Counted from the stretch's first letter, positions 24,587 through 38,460 are shown. The stretch: 64,000 nucleotides of DNA from Eledone cirrhosa (GCA_964016885.1 OZ024742.1:170314001-170378000), one strand, 5' to 3'. Made by a program: numbers and translations. The notes: generated from the letters alone by a model not told the origin.

Positions 24587-27500
24587 CAATTTCTAGGGCC
24601 AATCACAAGGAGATCGAAAACTTGAAGCCCCATTTTTGTTCATTATCAGATCAAATTACTCTGTTTACTTCAGGCTGCTCATATTTAACCTTATATAATG
24701 AAATACTCAATATTTGAATGAATTAATGACGAATTTGGAGAGATTTACTGAATTTATTTAAGATGGTCTGTGTAGAATACTTTAAAATGCTCTAATATAA
24801 AATTGTTGGGAACTCTTTAAAATGAGTGGTTCTGTTTCATAGAACCACTGGTTGTTTTCGGTGGGTTGGTGTCATATTTGTGAAAAAATAAGTACTCGGT
24901 TCAACATGATTGACAAAATCATGGTGGTGACATAGCATGGTAGCTGTCTAATGACAGAAACCTGTAAAAGAACAAAGGATTAAGTTACTAGCTTAGTAAT
25001 GAAATAATAATTTTAGTAAATCATTCCAAACTTTTCATTAATTAATTGAAATAGAATGCATGAAACTGCTCTTGATTCTAGGATACAACATGTAACAACC
25101 TTTGTTGCATTCTAAGCACCAGCTAAATAATGATAAAGTTAAATTATATTACTATAAACCCCCTCCAAATATTTAATTATTTTAAAATTTGTTTGAAAAT
25201 TATAGGCAGTATCTTTCATTAGAAATATAGTAACAATATAGTTAAAATGTATATGGTTATGTGAAAACCTTCCATAATTCTTTTTACATAAGAACTTTTA
25301 AGTTATGTTCTAAACACCAGCTTAATAATGAGAAAATTAGTTACATTGTTAAATTGAAAATCATTGGCAGTATCCTTCATGAAAAATATGAGAGCAAAAG
25401 GGTTAATATTTACTCTCACACTTATAATTCTTACCCCAATAGCATTTGGGTATACACCAGTGCTCAATACTAATATTATCTAGTAATAACAATTAAGTGA
25501 CAAACACCAGATGTTTCAGTAGTTTTCTTCCAGATGCTTTTGCTTTGATCTGTATAGTTATTCCTCCTGTTGACTTAGTACAGTCTCTATGTTGGTCTCA
25601 TTTATCTTTAACAACCGCTGTAGCAAACTTCCATTTGCTAGTTATTATTACTCTACTAACATGCCTGTTTGTAGGAGATGAATTATATATGCAGTCAGTC
25701 CCTTCACTATATTTTTGAAGAGATCCTTGTCAGTTTTACTGACTTTGTACTTCAGTTATCCCTTCTACTGCACTGAATAAATCTCATCTGCTAAGTTATC
25801 TGGTGAGGATGAGTCCCATTATCCATTGGGTTGTAGTCAAAACAGACATCACAGGAACTTGACCTGCTAGAAATAGTTTCCTTAAATTTTAATGTCCTGT
25901 TCCACATGAAACCACATTAGCAAAACATTCTTTAATAGTACAGAACAGCACAATGATTGCATCACAAAGTGTTTACCCTAATGCTTCAAATTTTCACAAC
26001 ATTAATTCATGTTCACTAGTAAAGATATTATAAATATTTGAATTATCAAATCTGTTTTTACATATTTTCTGCTAAATTGTTACAGGATGTTTCGTTAAAT
26101 CTTACCATCTTAAAAATGATATCTATGACTAACTTGGATGGTGTAATATTAGATACATGATGCTTGGTGGGAAAAAGAAAGACACTGGTTGGTCATGACT
26201 GGAACACTTGATCATGTCTGTTGAATTAGTTCCAAATGAGCTAAACTAATATTTTCATGCATTGTTACTTTGGTGTAATCCACTCCTAACCAAATTACTA
26301 CAGGAGTAATTGAACTCAGCATATATATACCGTCTCTACTTCCTCCTTAGTGTGATACTAATAAGACTTTGTATTTTTATATCTCTGTTTGTGTTGTCAT
26401 TTCTTTAACTATATATATATATATATGGTTGGTGTATAACATAGAATTTCTGATGGTAACCTGTTTGAGCACTCGATGTTGTTACCAATGTAGAATTCAT
26501 CTGTTATATCATCACTGGTTATTAGTAGCCGTAGTATGCAGGGTGTCAATAATAAGCAAGCAGGAATGAAATATCAATTTAACATCTTGTGACATGCGGT
26601 TCACAATCTATCACAGTCGGGCCTGACGAATCATTTGCTACTCAGGCACAATACTCTTATACGATGTTAAATTGATACTTTCCCATCTGCTTATATATAG
26701 TGAAACTAGTAATAATTCTTCCTTGGGCTACTGTTTTCCTCTGCAAAATTGGTAGGAATGCAGCCTGCCTGAGTGTCAAATGACTGAGACAACAGGTGTT
26801 GCTGGCTGTTCTCTGTGGCAATGCTTTCTCTATTTTGTCTACACGACACAGCTGAGATATACTGCCTAGCGAAGGCTGGAGAGTTCACCCACTCCCTGTT
26901 TTTAAATTATTTAACACCCCTTCCCTTTTTGTCTTTTTCTGTTTATTATTTTAACCTTTTAAAAAATAATACAATATTGCATACTTTTGTTCATCAATAA
27001 AGTTGCATTTCACCTTTCTAGTTAGCCTGTTGTGAAATGCATTTCAAAATTGAATATTTAAATTTACAGAATTTAATTGAGTAAGCTTCACACCAACTGA
27101 AGAAATGAAATTTATTTCTCACACTTTAACAAGTTTAGTTGGTCTACTACGAGGTGGTATCTCATAGATATTTTAATGTTCGGGGCTCTGGTTTTATCAT
27201 GTGAGGCAGTGTAAATTGAAGAGTTTAACAGACTTACTATGAGGTGGTATCTTATAGATGTTTTAATGTTAGGGGCTCAGCTCCTATCATGTAAAGCAGT
27301 GTGAGTTCAAGAGTCTTATTCAAGAAGGCAACATTCTACCTTGTCCTGGAATTGAACCCACTATCTTATGATTGTGAAACCCTAAAGGGGCCATGCAATT
27401 TTACATACCACTCGATCATTAATTTTCAGAGAAGCCTTTGTTTGGTAGATGTTGATCTGCAAAAATTTAAAATGGTTAATTTGATTATTAGCACACTATC

Positions 27501-28554
27501 CAGAGCAGGGGTCTGAAATACATGGCATGCAAAATACTTTTCTGTGGCTGTGGTAGAACAATTCTTGTGACTAATATTTTCCTATAACTTGGTTATTAGG
27601 TTCTTGTATATGTATGTAGGTGTGCATATATGTGAAAACGGGTTTTTAAAGAAAATGTATCCCCTTACATTCTGTACTAACTCACATATCCTACTATTAT
27701 ATGAATATTCATTTTTGTTGGGGACAGGAAGAAGCAGCCTATCAGTTGTAGTGCAGATTAGCATTATAACAGGTGGAATCATGCCCCTTCCTCTCCTCTC
27801 ACTTTTGGTCTGCTGTGCCTCTCTCAGGATGTAATGAGTTTTTGAGTTTGAGAACACTGATCCAGAGAAAACGTTGCTTCATTTGCTTAGTGTATATATA
27901 TTATATATATATCGGGGAAAGAGGATGTTAAACAACCTCCTATGAGATCCTACCTTGTAGGAGGCCATCTAAACTTGAGTAGTTGTGAACTGTAAATTTA
28001 AGTGCATTTCAAATTCATCTGTTTAGTGTTAAAGAAGTAAATCTATGGATGTCTGAAGTTCATGAAAAGATTTACTTATTGCATCACTAGTATTGAACGT
28101 TTCATTAATTGCATGCTTTATATGTAAATTTTTGTCTGCTCTTTCAGAATATTTTTTGTAAATCTACTGAACACATATCAGTTTGATTGATCTAACTATT
28201 GTTATAATTTTTTAATAGCTTGTCCAGTCTGCCAACATTCATTAAAATTTGAAAAGTTTCAATCATATTTTATGATTACAAAATTCTTCCATAACAGAGA
28301 GAGAGAGGGTGGTTGTATAACTGTTTGCTAACCAATATTTTCCTTTTCATAATTAAACAAGTTTTTATGCCAGCAAAATTCAGCTATGTTTCATAATTAT
28401 TGATTTACAATTGTTTTATTTAGAAAAGAAGTTATCTATCATAAAAACCTTCAGTGAAATATTGATTTAATAAAACTAATCCAAATATAATAGCTGAAAT
28501 CAATAATGTGTAATATCATTTTAAATTTACTTTTTTTTTCTTTTTAAATTTCAG

Positions 28555-28761
28555 GCCATATTACGGGCCAGTGATTCTACAATGGGCCGTTCTCTGAGCC
28601 CTTCTCCTCCTGAACAGCGAATGCCCCGTCCAGTGTCATATATTCGACCACTCGGGAAACAGATAATACCTCCAGAATCCATTTCCTGTAATAAAACACT
28701 GGGAGAAGGGGAATTTGGGATTGTTCAGCAGGGAATATGGACCACAGAGAACAATGAAAAG
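28555..28761 (+). CDS. PR2: Ack/PR2-like tyrosine kinase, coding exon A (linker plus Gly-rich loop)
   Basis: Polypyrimidine tract and tcAG acceptor ending 28554; donor GTAAGT at 28762; 207 nt, phase 0/0. Translates AILRASDSTMGRSLSPSPPEQ...KTLGEGEFGIVQQGIWTTENNEK (GxGxFG loop) and joins exon B in frame. Confidence 0.9.
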
Positions 28762-29795
28762 GTAAGTCAACATTTATCTTGAAAGCCTTCTTTTGAATCA
28801 CATTTACTTGTAGTGAATATGTATGAGAAAAAAAAACTTAACGTGAGAAAAAAATTAGAAAGCCCGAAACAAAGTGTATTAAATAACAAGCAACTGCAAA
28901 CTGTGTACAAATTAAAATCTATTTTTATTTACACAACATAAGGTTAACGTAACATTACATAGAAAGATTAATATACACAATAAATCCAACATTGATTACA
29001 ATAAAAATGTAGTGTGGTGTAAAGATTTGTTTTGATGTAAGTTTTAATGAGTGCTAAATACCCTGTGAAAGCATAATACTGCTGTATCTAAAGAACAGAC
29101 AGTAATTTGTGTCTTGAAGAGAAATCATGGCACAAGAAATTGTTGGCAGGAAAGACTTGCAAAAATGCGAATGTAACTGACATACATTTAGGAAGGATTT
29201 AGAACATCCTTTTATCTTCTAAGATTTTATAACTTGACAGTAAAGTTCTATGAGAGAAGTATTTTTATTACAGTTTCAGATATCAAGAAAATTTAAACTG
29301 TGCATTGTGAACTAATGATCAACAATTTTACTGTTCTTTAGTTGTGTGAATCCTCACAGCCTATGTTACTTTGTATTGAGCAGACCTTTAATAAGTCCTA
29401 GCTACACCTAATCCTGTCTGATTAGGTGTAGCTAGGACTTCTACTTTAACCCTCTTGATATCAATCTGATCAAAATCAACTCTGGTTCAATGAAACAAAA
29501 CTACACACTTTAAAGGGTTCCTATTTAAATCAAAACCTTTGAATGTGAATGTAATTTTATATAAGAACTATATATTAAGTTATTTTAGTATGTTTTGTAA
29601 ATCTGTCAAAATGCTTCATTAATTACCATATATACTCGTATATAAGCCAAGAAATATGTGACAAAAAACAAATTTATGATAAAATGGGGGTTAGTTTATA
29701 TTCAAGTATATATGGTAATTATAAGTATCATTAGAAATCCTATCATGAGAGAGTTAATGTTCTTTCTTTTTTTACGATGGTAAGGTTCAATTTAA

Positions 29796-29998
29796 CCCTT
29801 TAGCATTTACATTACTCTATATTTACTATTGTATTTTCACAGTAAAGGTTTTACCTCACATAACATTTAATCTGAGATTTTGTTATTTATTTTGAGAACA
29901 ATACATTAACATCAGTATGAGCAGCTGGTTGCAACTGGTTTGAATAGAAAAAGGTGAGAGAATTCTGGCCGGATACAGCTGATTTAAATGCTAAAGGG
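29796..29998. mobile_element. TTAA MITE family 1 (best-preserved copy)
   Basis: TTAA|ccctttagcattta ... taaatgctaaaggg|TTAA, with a perfect 14-bp TIR and CCC/GGG ends. Confidence 0.85.
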
Positions 29999-31897
29999 TT
30001 AAGGTAAACTAGACTGGCCAGTGCTGGTGTTGTCCTTTCATTTTTAAAGTCAGTAGCGTGTGTGTGATTGGAGGAAGATTTGGTTGCCATTGGAGATAGT
30101 TCTTTTGTGTCTATTGATAGAAAATCTACTCAGATGTTGTGGTTGTGAATGTTTTTAATGTGTTTTCTGTGGCAGTTGTATGGGAACCAGGTCTGAGTAG
30201 AAAATGAATTAATATTGTTAATCTTTTGTTTTCTTTTATTGCTATTTTTAGTGAAGTGTCATGTTGCCATTCCTGTAATTCATAGCTCTTTGACAAAACA
30301 TTTATCTCTCTATGTGAATAAATGTTTGTTCATTGTCTTAGAGCTGAGAATTTCTTTTTATTTGGTAATTTGAGGAGGCGTTGATGTGTCCATAGACCCT
30401 TTTGGTCCTCCAAGGCTAGTTTTAAGCATTGTCACAAACTTAATGCTGTTAGTGTTCAATTTGCATTGCTGCATAGTTAGTGACTGCAGAAAAAATTATG
30501 AACAGGAAGTGTCTGAGTGGGGCTGTTCTAGGGGCGTGGTGGAAATTATATTATCAAGATTGCATATTTTATTTAAATTTCAAATAGTCATTTGTTCTAT
30601 TGTTGTGTACACACTTTGCTCTTTGTTGAATTAACATGAATACATTGTCATGTAGTGTGACCTTTTGTTTTAAGAAAATAATATATTTTATTCCCAAATT
30701 ATACTGTTTGTGTTTCCTCTTGTCTGTCGTTATAAATATATATATATATTATTGAATTATGAGTTTAAGGTGAATATTTCCCCAATAGTAAATGATTATA
30801 GCTATAGTTTGTGACTTTTTGATTCAACTTTATATATTGCTCTTCATACATTAGTATTTTAAGCATTAATTTTGTATCTAGTAAATGTACATAAAATGAT
30901 AGTGTCCTTTTAAGTTGACAATTACTCTGTATGTTGTAGACATACTGCTGTACCACTGAATGTCAATGTAATTCATTTTTTAGTGAATTAGTCGTATCTG
31001 AGGAAATTTGTGATGATCTGTATTAGCAAATAACAGGCAGAGAATTGGCAGCCATTAGAACATTGGATAGAATGCCATTGTGGTATTCATTCTGGCTCTC
31101 TGCTTTGAGTTCAAATCCTGCCAGAGTTAACTTTGGCTTTTAAACCTTTCGAGGTTGATAAAAAAAAAAGTACCAGTCTAACACTGGGGGTAAATTCTTT
31201 CTCTATATCTTTTTATCAATTCCTCTCTCCCACTCTCTGTTAGAAATTGGCTGTGTTCTGACATGGAGAGGAGATGGGCTCCACTAGGTTTAGAATGCCC
31301 AAGTATTTATCATGGTGGCACTGCTATGACTCCATCAAGAGTTATAGGAACATACATACACTGGCAAATAGTTTTTAGTATTGTCTGTCAACTACATGTC
31401 AGTAAACTTTATTAACAGCTTTTTCATTTTAGGTTAAAGTATTAAAATATACTGAAGGCAAACAAAATTTTAAAAATATTTTTTTTAATGTTAGTTCATC
31501 ATCATTTAATATCTGCCTTTCCTGTTAACCAAGGTTCGACAGGTTACAGACTGAGTCAGTACTCAAACTGGAGCTACTGACCTCACAGATGTTAGTTCTT
31601 GATTTATAGTTTGTTTATGGTAAGAGCAGATTCTAATTTTTGTATATTTCCTCTAATTTATAGAATGTTGGTTTCTTTTTTTTCTTCATCCTGTGGAAAT
31701 ATATTTTGAGTTGTTGACATATGAAGTAGTCTTTTAACTACTTCTATTCAACCATCAACACTCTTACATATACATGTGGACAAACATCTATTGCATGTGG
31801 ATATATGCACATTTTCACTCTTACACACATGTAGATTTACTTTCACACAATATTTACGTAAACAAGACCATTATTGTTCCAATAATGGTCTTATTTA

Positions 31898-32145
31898 GGG
31901 TGGTGGATTGGCATAATCGGTAGTGTCAGACACCATGATTTGCAGCTTAGTTAGGTTTTTTTTATATTCTGAGTTCAAATTCCGTCGAGGTTACCGTTGC
32001 TTTTCATCCTTACTGGGTCGATGAAATAAAGTACCAGTAACACACTAGGTCGATTTAATCCCCCCCCCTCCAATTGCTGGCCTTGTGCCTATAGTAGAAT
32101 CCCCTCCAATTGCTGCCCTTGTGCCTATAGTAGAAATCATTATTG
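31898..32145 (+). mobile_element. Family A SINE with duplicated 3' end
   Basis: gggtggtggattggca head, B-box and core; ccctccaattgctg(g/c)ccttgtgcctatagtagaa occurs twice. Confidence 0.85.
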
Positions 32146-32379
32146 CTTCAATCAGTCGACAAACTGGCTTGGTTTCTACAGCTGGATGCTCTTCCACTGT
32201 CAAACTGATTTACAGCCTGTGCTGGGAGCATTTTCTTGTAACTCCAGCACTATCATCTTGCAGATAGATTGTAGGCTTATAGACATGAATCTATGTGTCT
32301 ATATATATGTACATTAACATGTATTTTCATGTATGTATATAAACATATCCATCTATGTATATAAACATGCATCTCCATG

Positions 32380-35110
32380 CCATCGTCATCATCATCATCA
32401 TCATTTTACGTTCGCTTTTCTCTGCTTGCAAGGGTTGGACGGGTCCTATTCAGCACAGCATCTCTCCACTTGTCATGGTCCTTCATCATCTCCGTGAGTT
32501 TCAGTGATCTAAGGTCTGCTCTCACCACCTCCTCCTATGTTTTTCGTGGTCTTCCTCCCTCTACTGCGTCTTCCTTCTACTGGGATTTCTTGGCACTTCT
32601 TTACCCAACGGTCATCCTCCATGCGCATCACATGTTCAGTCTTCTCTCACGCACACCACAACTTATCCCTTATACACAGTTTCTCTCTCAACTCATCTAT
32701 GCTTGGTCGTTCACACACACATTGACATTGCACATCCAACGGAGCATGCTTGCTTCATTTCTCCCCAGCCGTCGCATATTCTCTGTAGTTGCTGCCCATG
32801 TCTCACTACCATGCAGCATCGCGCATCTCACACAGTCATCATATAACCGTCCATTCATATGCAGGGAGAAACCCTTCTTTGTCAACAGAGGAAGCAGCTC
32901 CCTAAACTTCTTCCAACCCGTCCTTATTCTAGATACAATGGCCTCAGAACACCCCCCTCCCATGCTAATCTGATCACCTAGGTACCGGAAGCTATCAACC
33001 ACTTCTATAGAACCCACCCTGCATTGTAAAAATGTGTCTATCACTGACTCTTCTACTGTCAAATTTCCCTATACATCTACTGCATACATAGTTTTCCCTA
33101 CCTGTTATTTTGCCTGCTATCCCGCTACATCTCTTGTCTACACAAGATCTGCATTGTGTACATTTTATAGAATTTATGCCAGTTCCTTTTCTGCATATCG
33201 AACATGGCCATTTCCCTGACAGAATCAGAGTTTTGTCCTCTTTTCTACTCAACACTTTTGTCTTAGCTAGGTTCACTTAATTACAACTGCTGTTTCCATA
33301 GCCAGAATTTATTCTCTAGTTCCTCTACTGATTCTGCTATAAGAACCAGATCGTCAGCATAGAGAAGTTCCCATGGGCAGCCAGTCTTAAACTCCTCTGT
33401 AATGGCTTGGAGGACTATAATGAACAAGAGCAGACTGAGGACCGAACCTGGAATTCCTCACTAAACTCCATTCCTACTCTCACTTTACTGACAGCATCGC
33501 TGTACATAGCTTGCACTGTCCTCACAAGCCATTCCTCTACACCTAGTTTCCTTAGGGACCACCACATGACAGATCGGGGTACCCTATGAAAGGCCTTCTC
33601 TAGGTCCATAAAAGCTAAATATAATGGCTTATTCTTCTCTAAGAACCTTTCTTGTAGTTGTCTCACTATGAAGAGGGCATCTGTTGAACTTTTCCCAGGC
33701 GCAAAACCAAACTGCATCTCATCTAGTTGGACCCTTTCTCTAATTAGTTGCGCTAATATTCTTTCTACCACTTTCATAACCTGATCCATCAGTTTTATTT
33801 TCCCCTTTACTTTTGTAGCAATTTATGAGAATACTGCTGCACCAGTCTTTGGGTATGACTCCGCCATATATAGCTTGATTGACGATGTGTGCAACCAGTT
33901 TAGTACCTACTTCTCCTGATGCCTTCAGCATCTCAGCGGCCTTACCATCTTCCATTTCCTTAATTGCTTCTTGGACCCTATATTCGTCAATCTCAATAGT
34001 TGGTCCCCCTGTCAGGTCTACTGAGAGTAATTTCTCTCTCTCCCATTCGTTCTCCACATTCATCAGTCTCTCATAATGACATTTCCAGGCCTCCTTTTTC
34101 TGATTATTCGTGAAACTAAGTACACCAGCATCATTCCTGACACACTTATCTCCAACAACATCCTGATTTATGCTGACACACTGCACGTCTCTGATCTTCC
34201 CGTCGCAGAACATTGGCAAACCTTCTACTCTCAGCCTCCCTGCGTGCTAAGTACACCTGACATCTAGCTTCTCTCTTAGCGGCTGTGTATCTGTCTCTAC
34301 TCCCACCATTTTTCCAAGTCTTCCATGATAGTCTTTTGTCTCTAATGGCCCTATCTACCGTGCTGTTCCACCACCAGGTCACTCTCTGTCTGGTCGGAGC
34401 TCTGCTCCATCCACAAGTTTCTTCAGTAGCCTGCAGTAAGTTGTCATGTAAGAAATTACAGTTATCATCTATGTCATACGATTCTAAATCGTCTACTTTT
34501 TCGTCATACACATCTTGAAGGGCTTTCCTAAATTTATATTATAGTGAAAGGTCTTTTAGCTTCCAGACCTTTCTTTTCCACACCTTCCTGTATGTCTCAT
34601 TTTGTCTCTTACTGAGATGTCACTAACAACTAACCTATGCTGTGGGGTACATTCTTCCTCAGAGTATGCCTTAGTATTTGACACCATCTGTCTGTCCCTC
34701 TGCCTAACTAACAAGAAGTCAATCTGGCTTATGTGCTCGCCTGATTTGTAGGTTTTTAGGTGGCTGGTAGGTTTCTTGAAGTTAGTGTTGCAAATGGATA
34801 GTACACTTGCATCACAAAATTCAAGAAGCCTCACTCCTTCTTCATTTCTTGAGCCATAACCATGCCCACCATGTACCCCAGTGTATCCATTCGGGAGCTG
34901 TCCAACATGACTATGAAGTTTCCTGCTAGCATAACAATATGTCTGTTCTCTGTCATTGTGGCTGTTTCTAAAAATTGCTCGTAAAAGCAGTCTTTCTCTT
35001 CTTTATCTAAGCCTGCTTGGGGAGCATAGGCAGAGATGATTGTCAACAGTCTCTTGCCTACAACTAATCCAAGCTTAATTATTCTATTACTAACGCTAAC
35101 TACCTCTATT
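32380..35110 (-). mobile_element. Near-full-length decayed RTE LINE (APE endonuclease plus RT)
   Basis: Fragmented ORFs: IISAYAPQAG, SQIDFLLV and PQHRLVV (APE); QFGFAPGKSSTDALF, AFMDLEKAF, YADD and FRYLG (RT). Many frameshifts; (ATG)n tail; inserted in a degenerate atgtatataaacatg repeat. Confidence 0.95.
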
Positions 35111-37344
35111 GTGTGTATATAAACATGTTTCTCCATCTATGTATATAAACATGTATCTCCATACGTATATATAAATGTTTCTCCATAAACATGTAACTAC
35201 ATAAGTATATATAAACATGTATCTATTTTGTGTGTGTAAGCACCCTTTAGGATCACATTCTATACATAAGAAATAAGATTGCAAGCAAGGAAAAGACCAA
35301 ATGATAAGGTTGGATCCCATGCTAGCGTGGATAGACGTTAAACGATGATGATGTATGATAACATTGGATGTATGTTGGGCGTATGATGTTGTTTTTGGTA
35401 ATGATAATGTTGGTTGTAAAATGTTGGTAAAATGATGTGGACGTATGATGACGTTGGTAATGATCTAGCTTGTAACCTGGTTATACCGGAGCCAAGGATA
35501 ATTTTTAATGAAATTGTATATGTTTATTTCCTAATTACTGTATTTCCTGGTTTAGAAGATACTATTTATTTTTTTCCCCCAAAATAAATCTGAAAAATTT
35601 GTTCTGTGTTTCTGCATCTTTGATGCCAAAAGTTGTGTTAGTCAATTTTATACTAAACTTTTTTCTTTTTTTTTTCTTAAAAATTTATCAACACATGAGG
35701 TTGCATTTCTGATTCCAGGAATATATGGTGTGTACTCTCTCTTTAACTTAGGTTTTAATTAAATATAATCTTCATGGTAAGACAATCACAAACCACTACT
35801 CTCGGGGAGAAATTTAAGCTCTACTACTCTGAGTTGAATTAGTGAATTAGGGCTCTACTACTCCAAGGATGGAAATAAGGCTCTATTGCTCCCAGATTTG
35901 AATTAGTGGTTTGTCACTCCCAGAATAGGATTAGGGCTCTACTGCTCCTGGAGTTGAATTAGTGGTTTGTCACTCTCATGGTAGAATTAAGGGACTCTCA
36001 CTATCCCCAGAGTTTTAGAAATCCATCACTCTTAGGGGTTAATTAGGTACGACTACTCGCAGAAAGGAATTAGAAGCTCACCAGTTGAAGTGGGGGCCCT
36101 TACAGCGTGCTCATTCATAATCTTGAGTATGTTTTTGTCTCTGTGCACTGTTGCTAAATAGTTGTTGACCCTATGTTGGATTCATCTGTCTTTTTTGACA
36201 GGTTTTGTTTTTGTTCCTGACAACCTTCCTCACCAGGCTGGTCTGGTGGTAACTGTGGTGGGTTGGGGTTAGTTGCTGCTCACCTGACCTTGTCACAAGT
36301 TGTACTGGGTTACATGTTACCAACAGTATTTAGTGTAGCCTCACCTGAATAGTATATAGTTTCCTATATATACCTGTGTAGTGCTGATGCCACGATAAAA
36401 TACACCAAGTACACACTATAAAGTGAGTGGTATTAGGAAGGGCATGCAACTATAGAAACTAGGCTAGAGTAAAATATATGGGCAAGACATGGTCATCTGA
36501 CTTATGCAATCTCAGAACATGACAACCTATCCATCCCATGCCAGCATGGAAAGTGGATGTAAAATAGTGTACTCAGGCTCTCCCACTCACTCACACATTC
36601 ACACTCACACTCCCTCTTACATTCTCACACTTACATCCTTACTCACATTCTCACTCTCACTCTCACATCATTCCCTTACTCACACTCTCTTACTCTTACA
36701 CTCTCACACACACATTCTCACACTCACCCCCCCCCCCCCCCCCCCCTTTCATATTCATAAACTTATGAGATTAATGGGTTGGAATTTTACTATTTCAGTA
36801 ACTGTTTTAGACAAGATTGCATTTGTTTTTCATAATTTTCTCAATCCAGACAAATTGAGTTAGTGAAATAGATTGTACAGTCCCATTGATTGAATTAACA
36901 CATTTAAAGCTTAGATTATAGAGAAATAGGTTGATCTGATCTGTTATCTTGGGAGAAGTCTATACTTGGTAACTTCTAAAGCTAGATTCTAATCTGCAGT
37001 TAAGCCGCTTGGTTCAGGCATCCGATGGCAATAGATGCTGATCTGTTATTTCAAGAGTTCTATATCGCGCATGGTTCATTGAACGGAGATAAACAACAAT
37101 TAAAAATTGGATAGCTAGTCTGGTTTGATAAATTCCCTGTAGCTTGAAACAGTTTAGTAACTTAAAAGAAAAGAAAATTAATATCTACGAGTGTCGGCAG
37201 AAAGGTTCATGGGCTGACCAAGATACTCTCATGGAATGACCAAATGAAGTTCCTGGAAAGAAACAATGCAGTAACAACCCTAGTATCAATCTTTCACCTG
37301 ACGTCAGCCTATGAACTTTTCAGCTGACCCCCATATCTCAGGCA

Positions 37345-38085
37345 ACAATTTCTACTATAAAACAGATACATGTATCACAATTTCTACTATAAAACAGATA
37401 CATGTATCACAATTTCTACTATAAAACAGATACATGTATCACAATTTCTACTATAAAACGGATACATGTGGCACAATTTATACTATAAAACAGATACATG
37501 TAGCACAATTTCTATTATAAAACATACATGTATCACAATTTCTACTATAAAACAGATACATGTATCACAATTTCTACTATAAAACAGATACATGTAGCAC
37601 AATTTCTACTATAAAACAGATACATGTATCATAATTTCTACTATAAAACAGATACATGTATCATAATTTCTACTATAAAACAGATACATGTATCACAATT
37701 TCTATTATAAAACATACATGTATCACAATTTCTATTATAAAACATACATGTATCATAATTTCTACTATTCAACAGATACATGTATTATAATTTCTACTAT
37801 TCAACAGATACATGTATTATAATTTCTACTATTCAACAGATACATGTATCATAATTTCTACTATTCAAGATACATGTAGCACAATTTCTACTGTACAACA
37901 GATAAATGTATCACAACTTCTACTATAAAATAGATACATGTATCACAACTTCTACTATAAAATAGATACATGTATCACAACTTCTACTATAAAATAGATA
38001 CATGTATCACAACTTCTACTATAAAATAGATACATGTATCACAACTTCTACTATAAAATAGATACATGTAGCATATTTTCTACTT
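37345..38085. repeat. 32-bp minisatellite with internal palindrome
   Basis: About 23 copies of acaatttctactataaaacagatacatgtatc; gatacatgtatc is a perfect 12-bp palindrome. Confidence 0.95.
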
Positions 38086-38398
38086 TTGAACAAATAAATG
38101 TATTTTCTTTTTATCTTTCTTTCTAAGCATTCATTTCCTTTTATTCCGCTTAATCAATACATTTTATGGATTGATAAATTGCGCCAATATAAAAGCTTTA
38201 TTTTTCTATTTTTGATGTTAACATGTGATTAGATTGAAAGAATGTTTCTGGCTGTGTTATTCTACTCAGTTCTCTTCCTAAGTCTACATATGAGTGTATT
38301 TAGAGATTGTCATCAGTTAATTGTTCTCACTCAACTATACTACAATTCACCACAGTTATTGTAATTTTACAGTTTTAATTCTTACTGTAGCAAACAAC

Positions 38399-38404
<6 letters not shown>

Positions 38405-38458
<54 letters not shown>
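38405..38458. repeat. (GT)n microsatellite
   Basis: Pure gt run. Confidence 0.95.

Positions 38459-38460
<2 letters not shown>

Noticed and set aside
1-28554. N-terminal SAM-domain exon of the kinase
   Set aside because: Searched by eye and found no convincing exon; it may lie upstream of the window, though a short exon could have been missed.
37345-38085. CRISPR-like array of 32-bp palindromic repeats
   Set aside because: Units are contiguous with no unique spacers, no cas genes, and the context is a eukaryotic intron.
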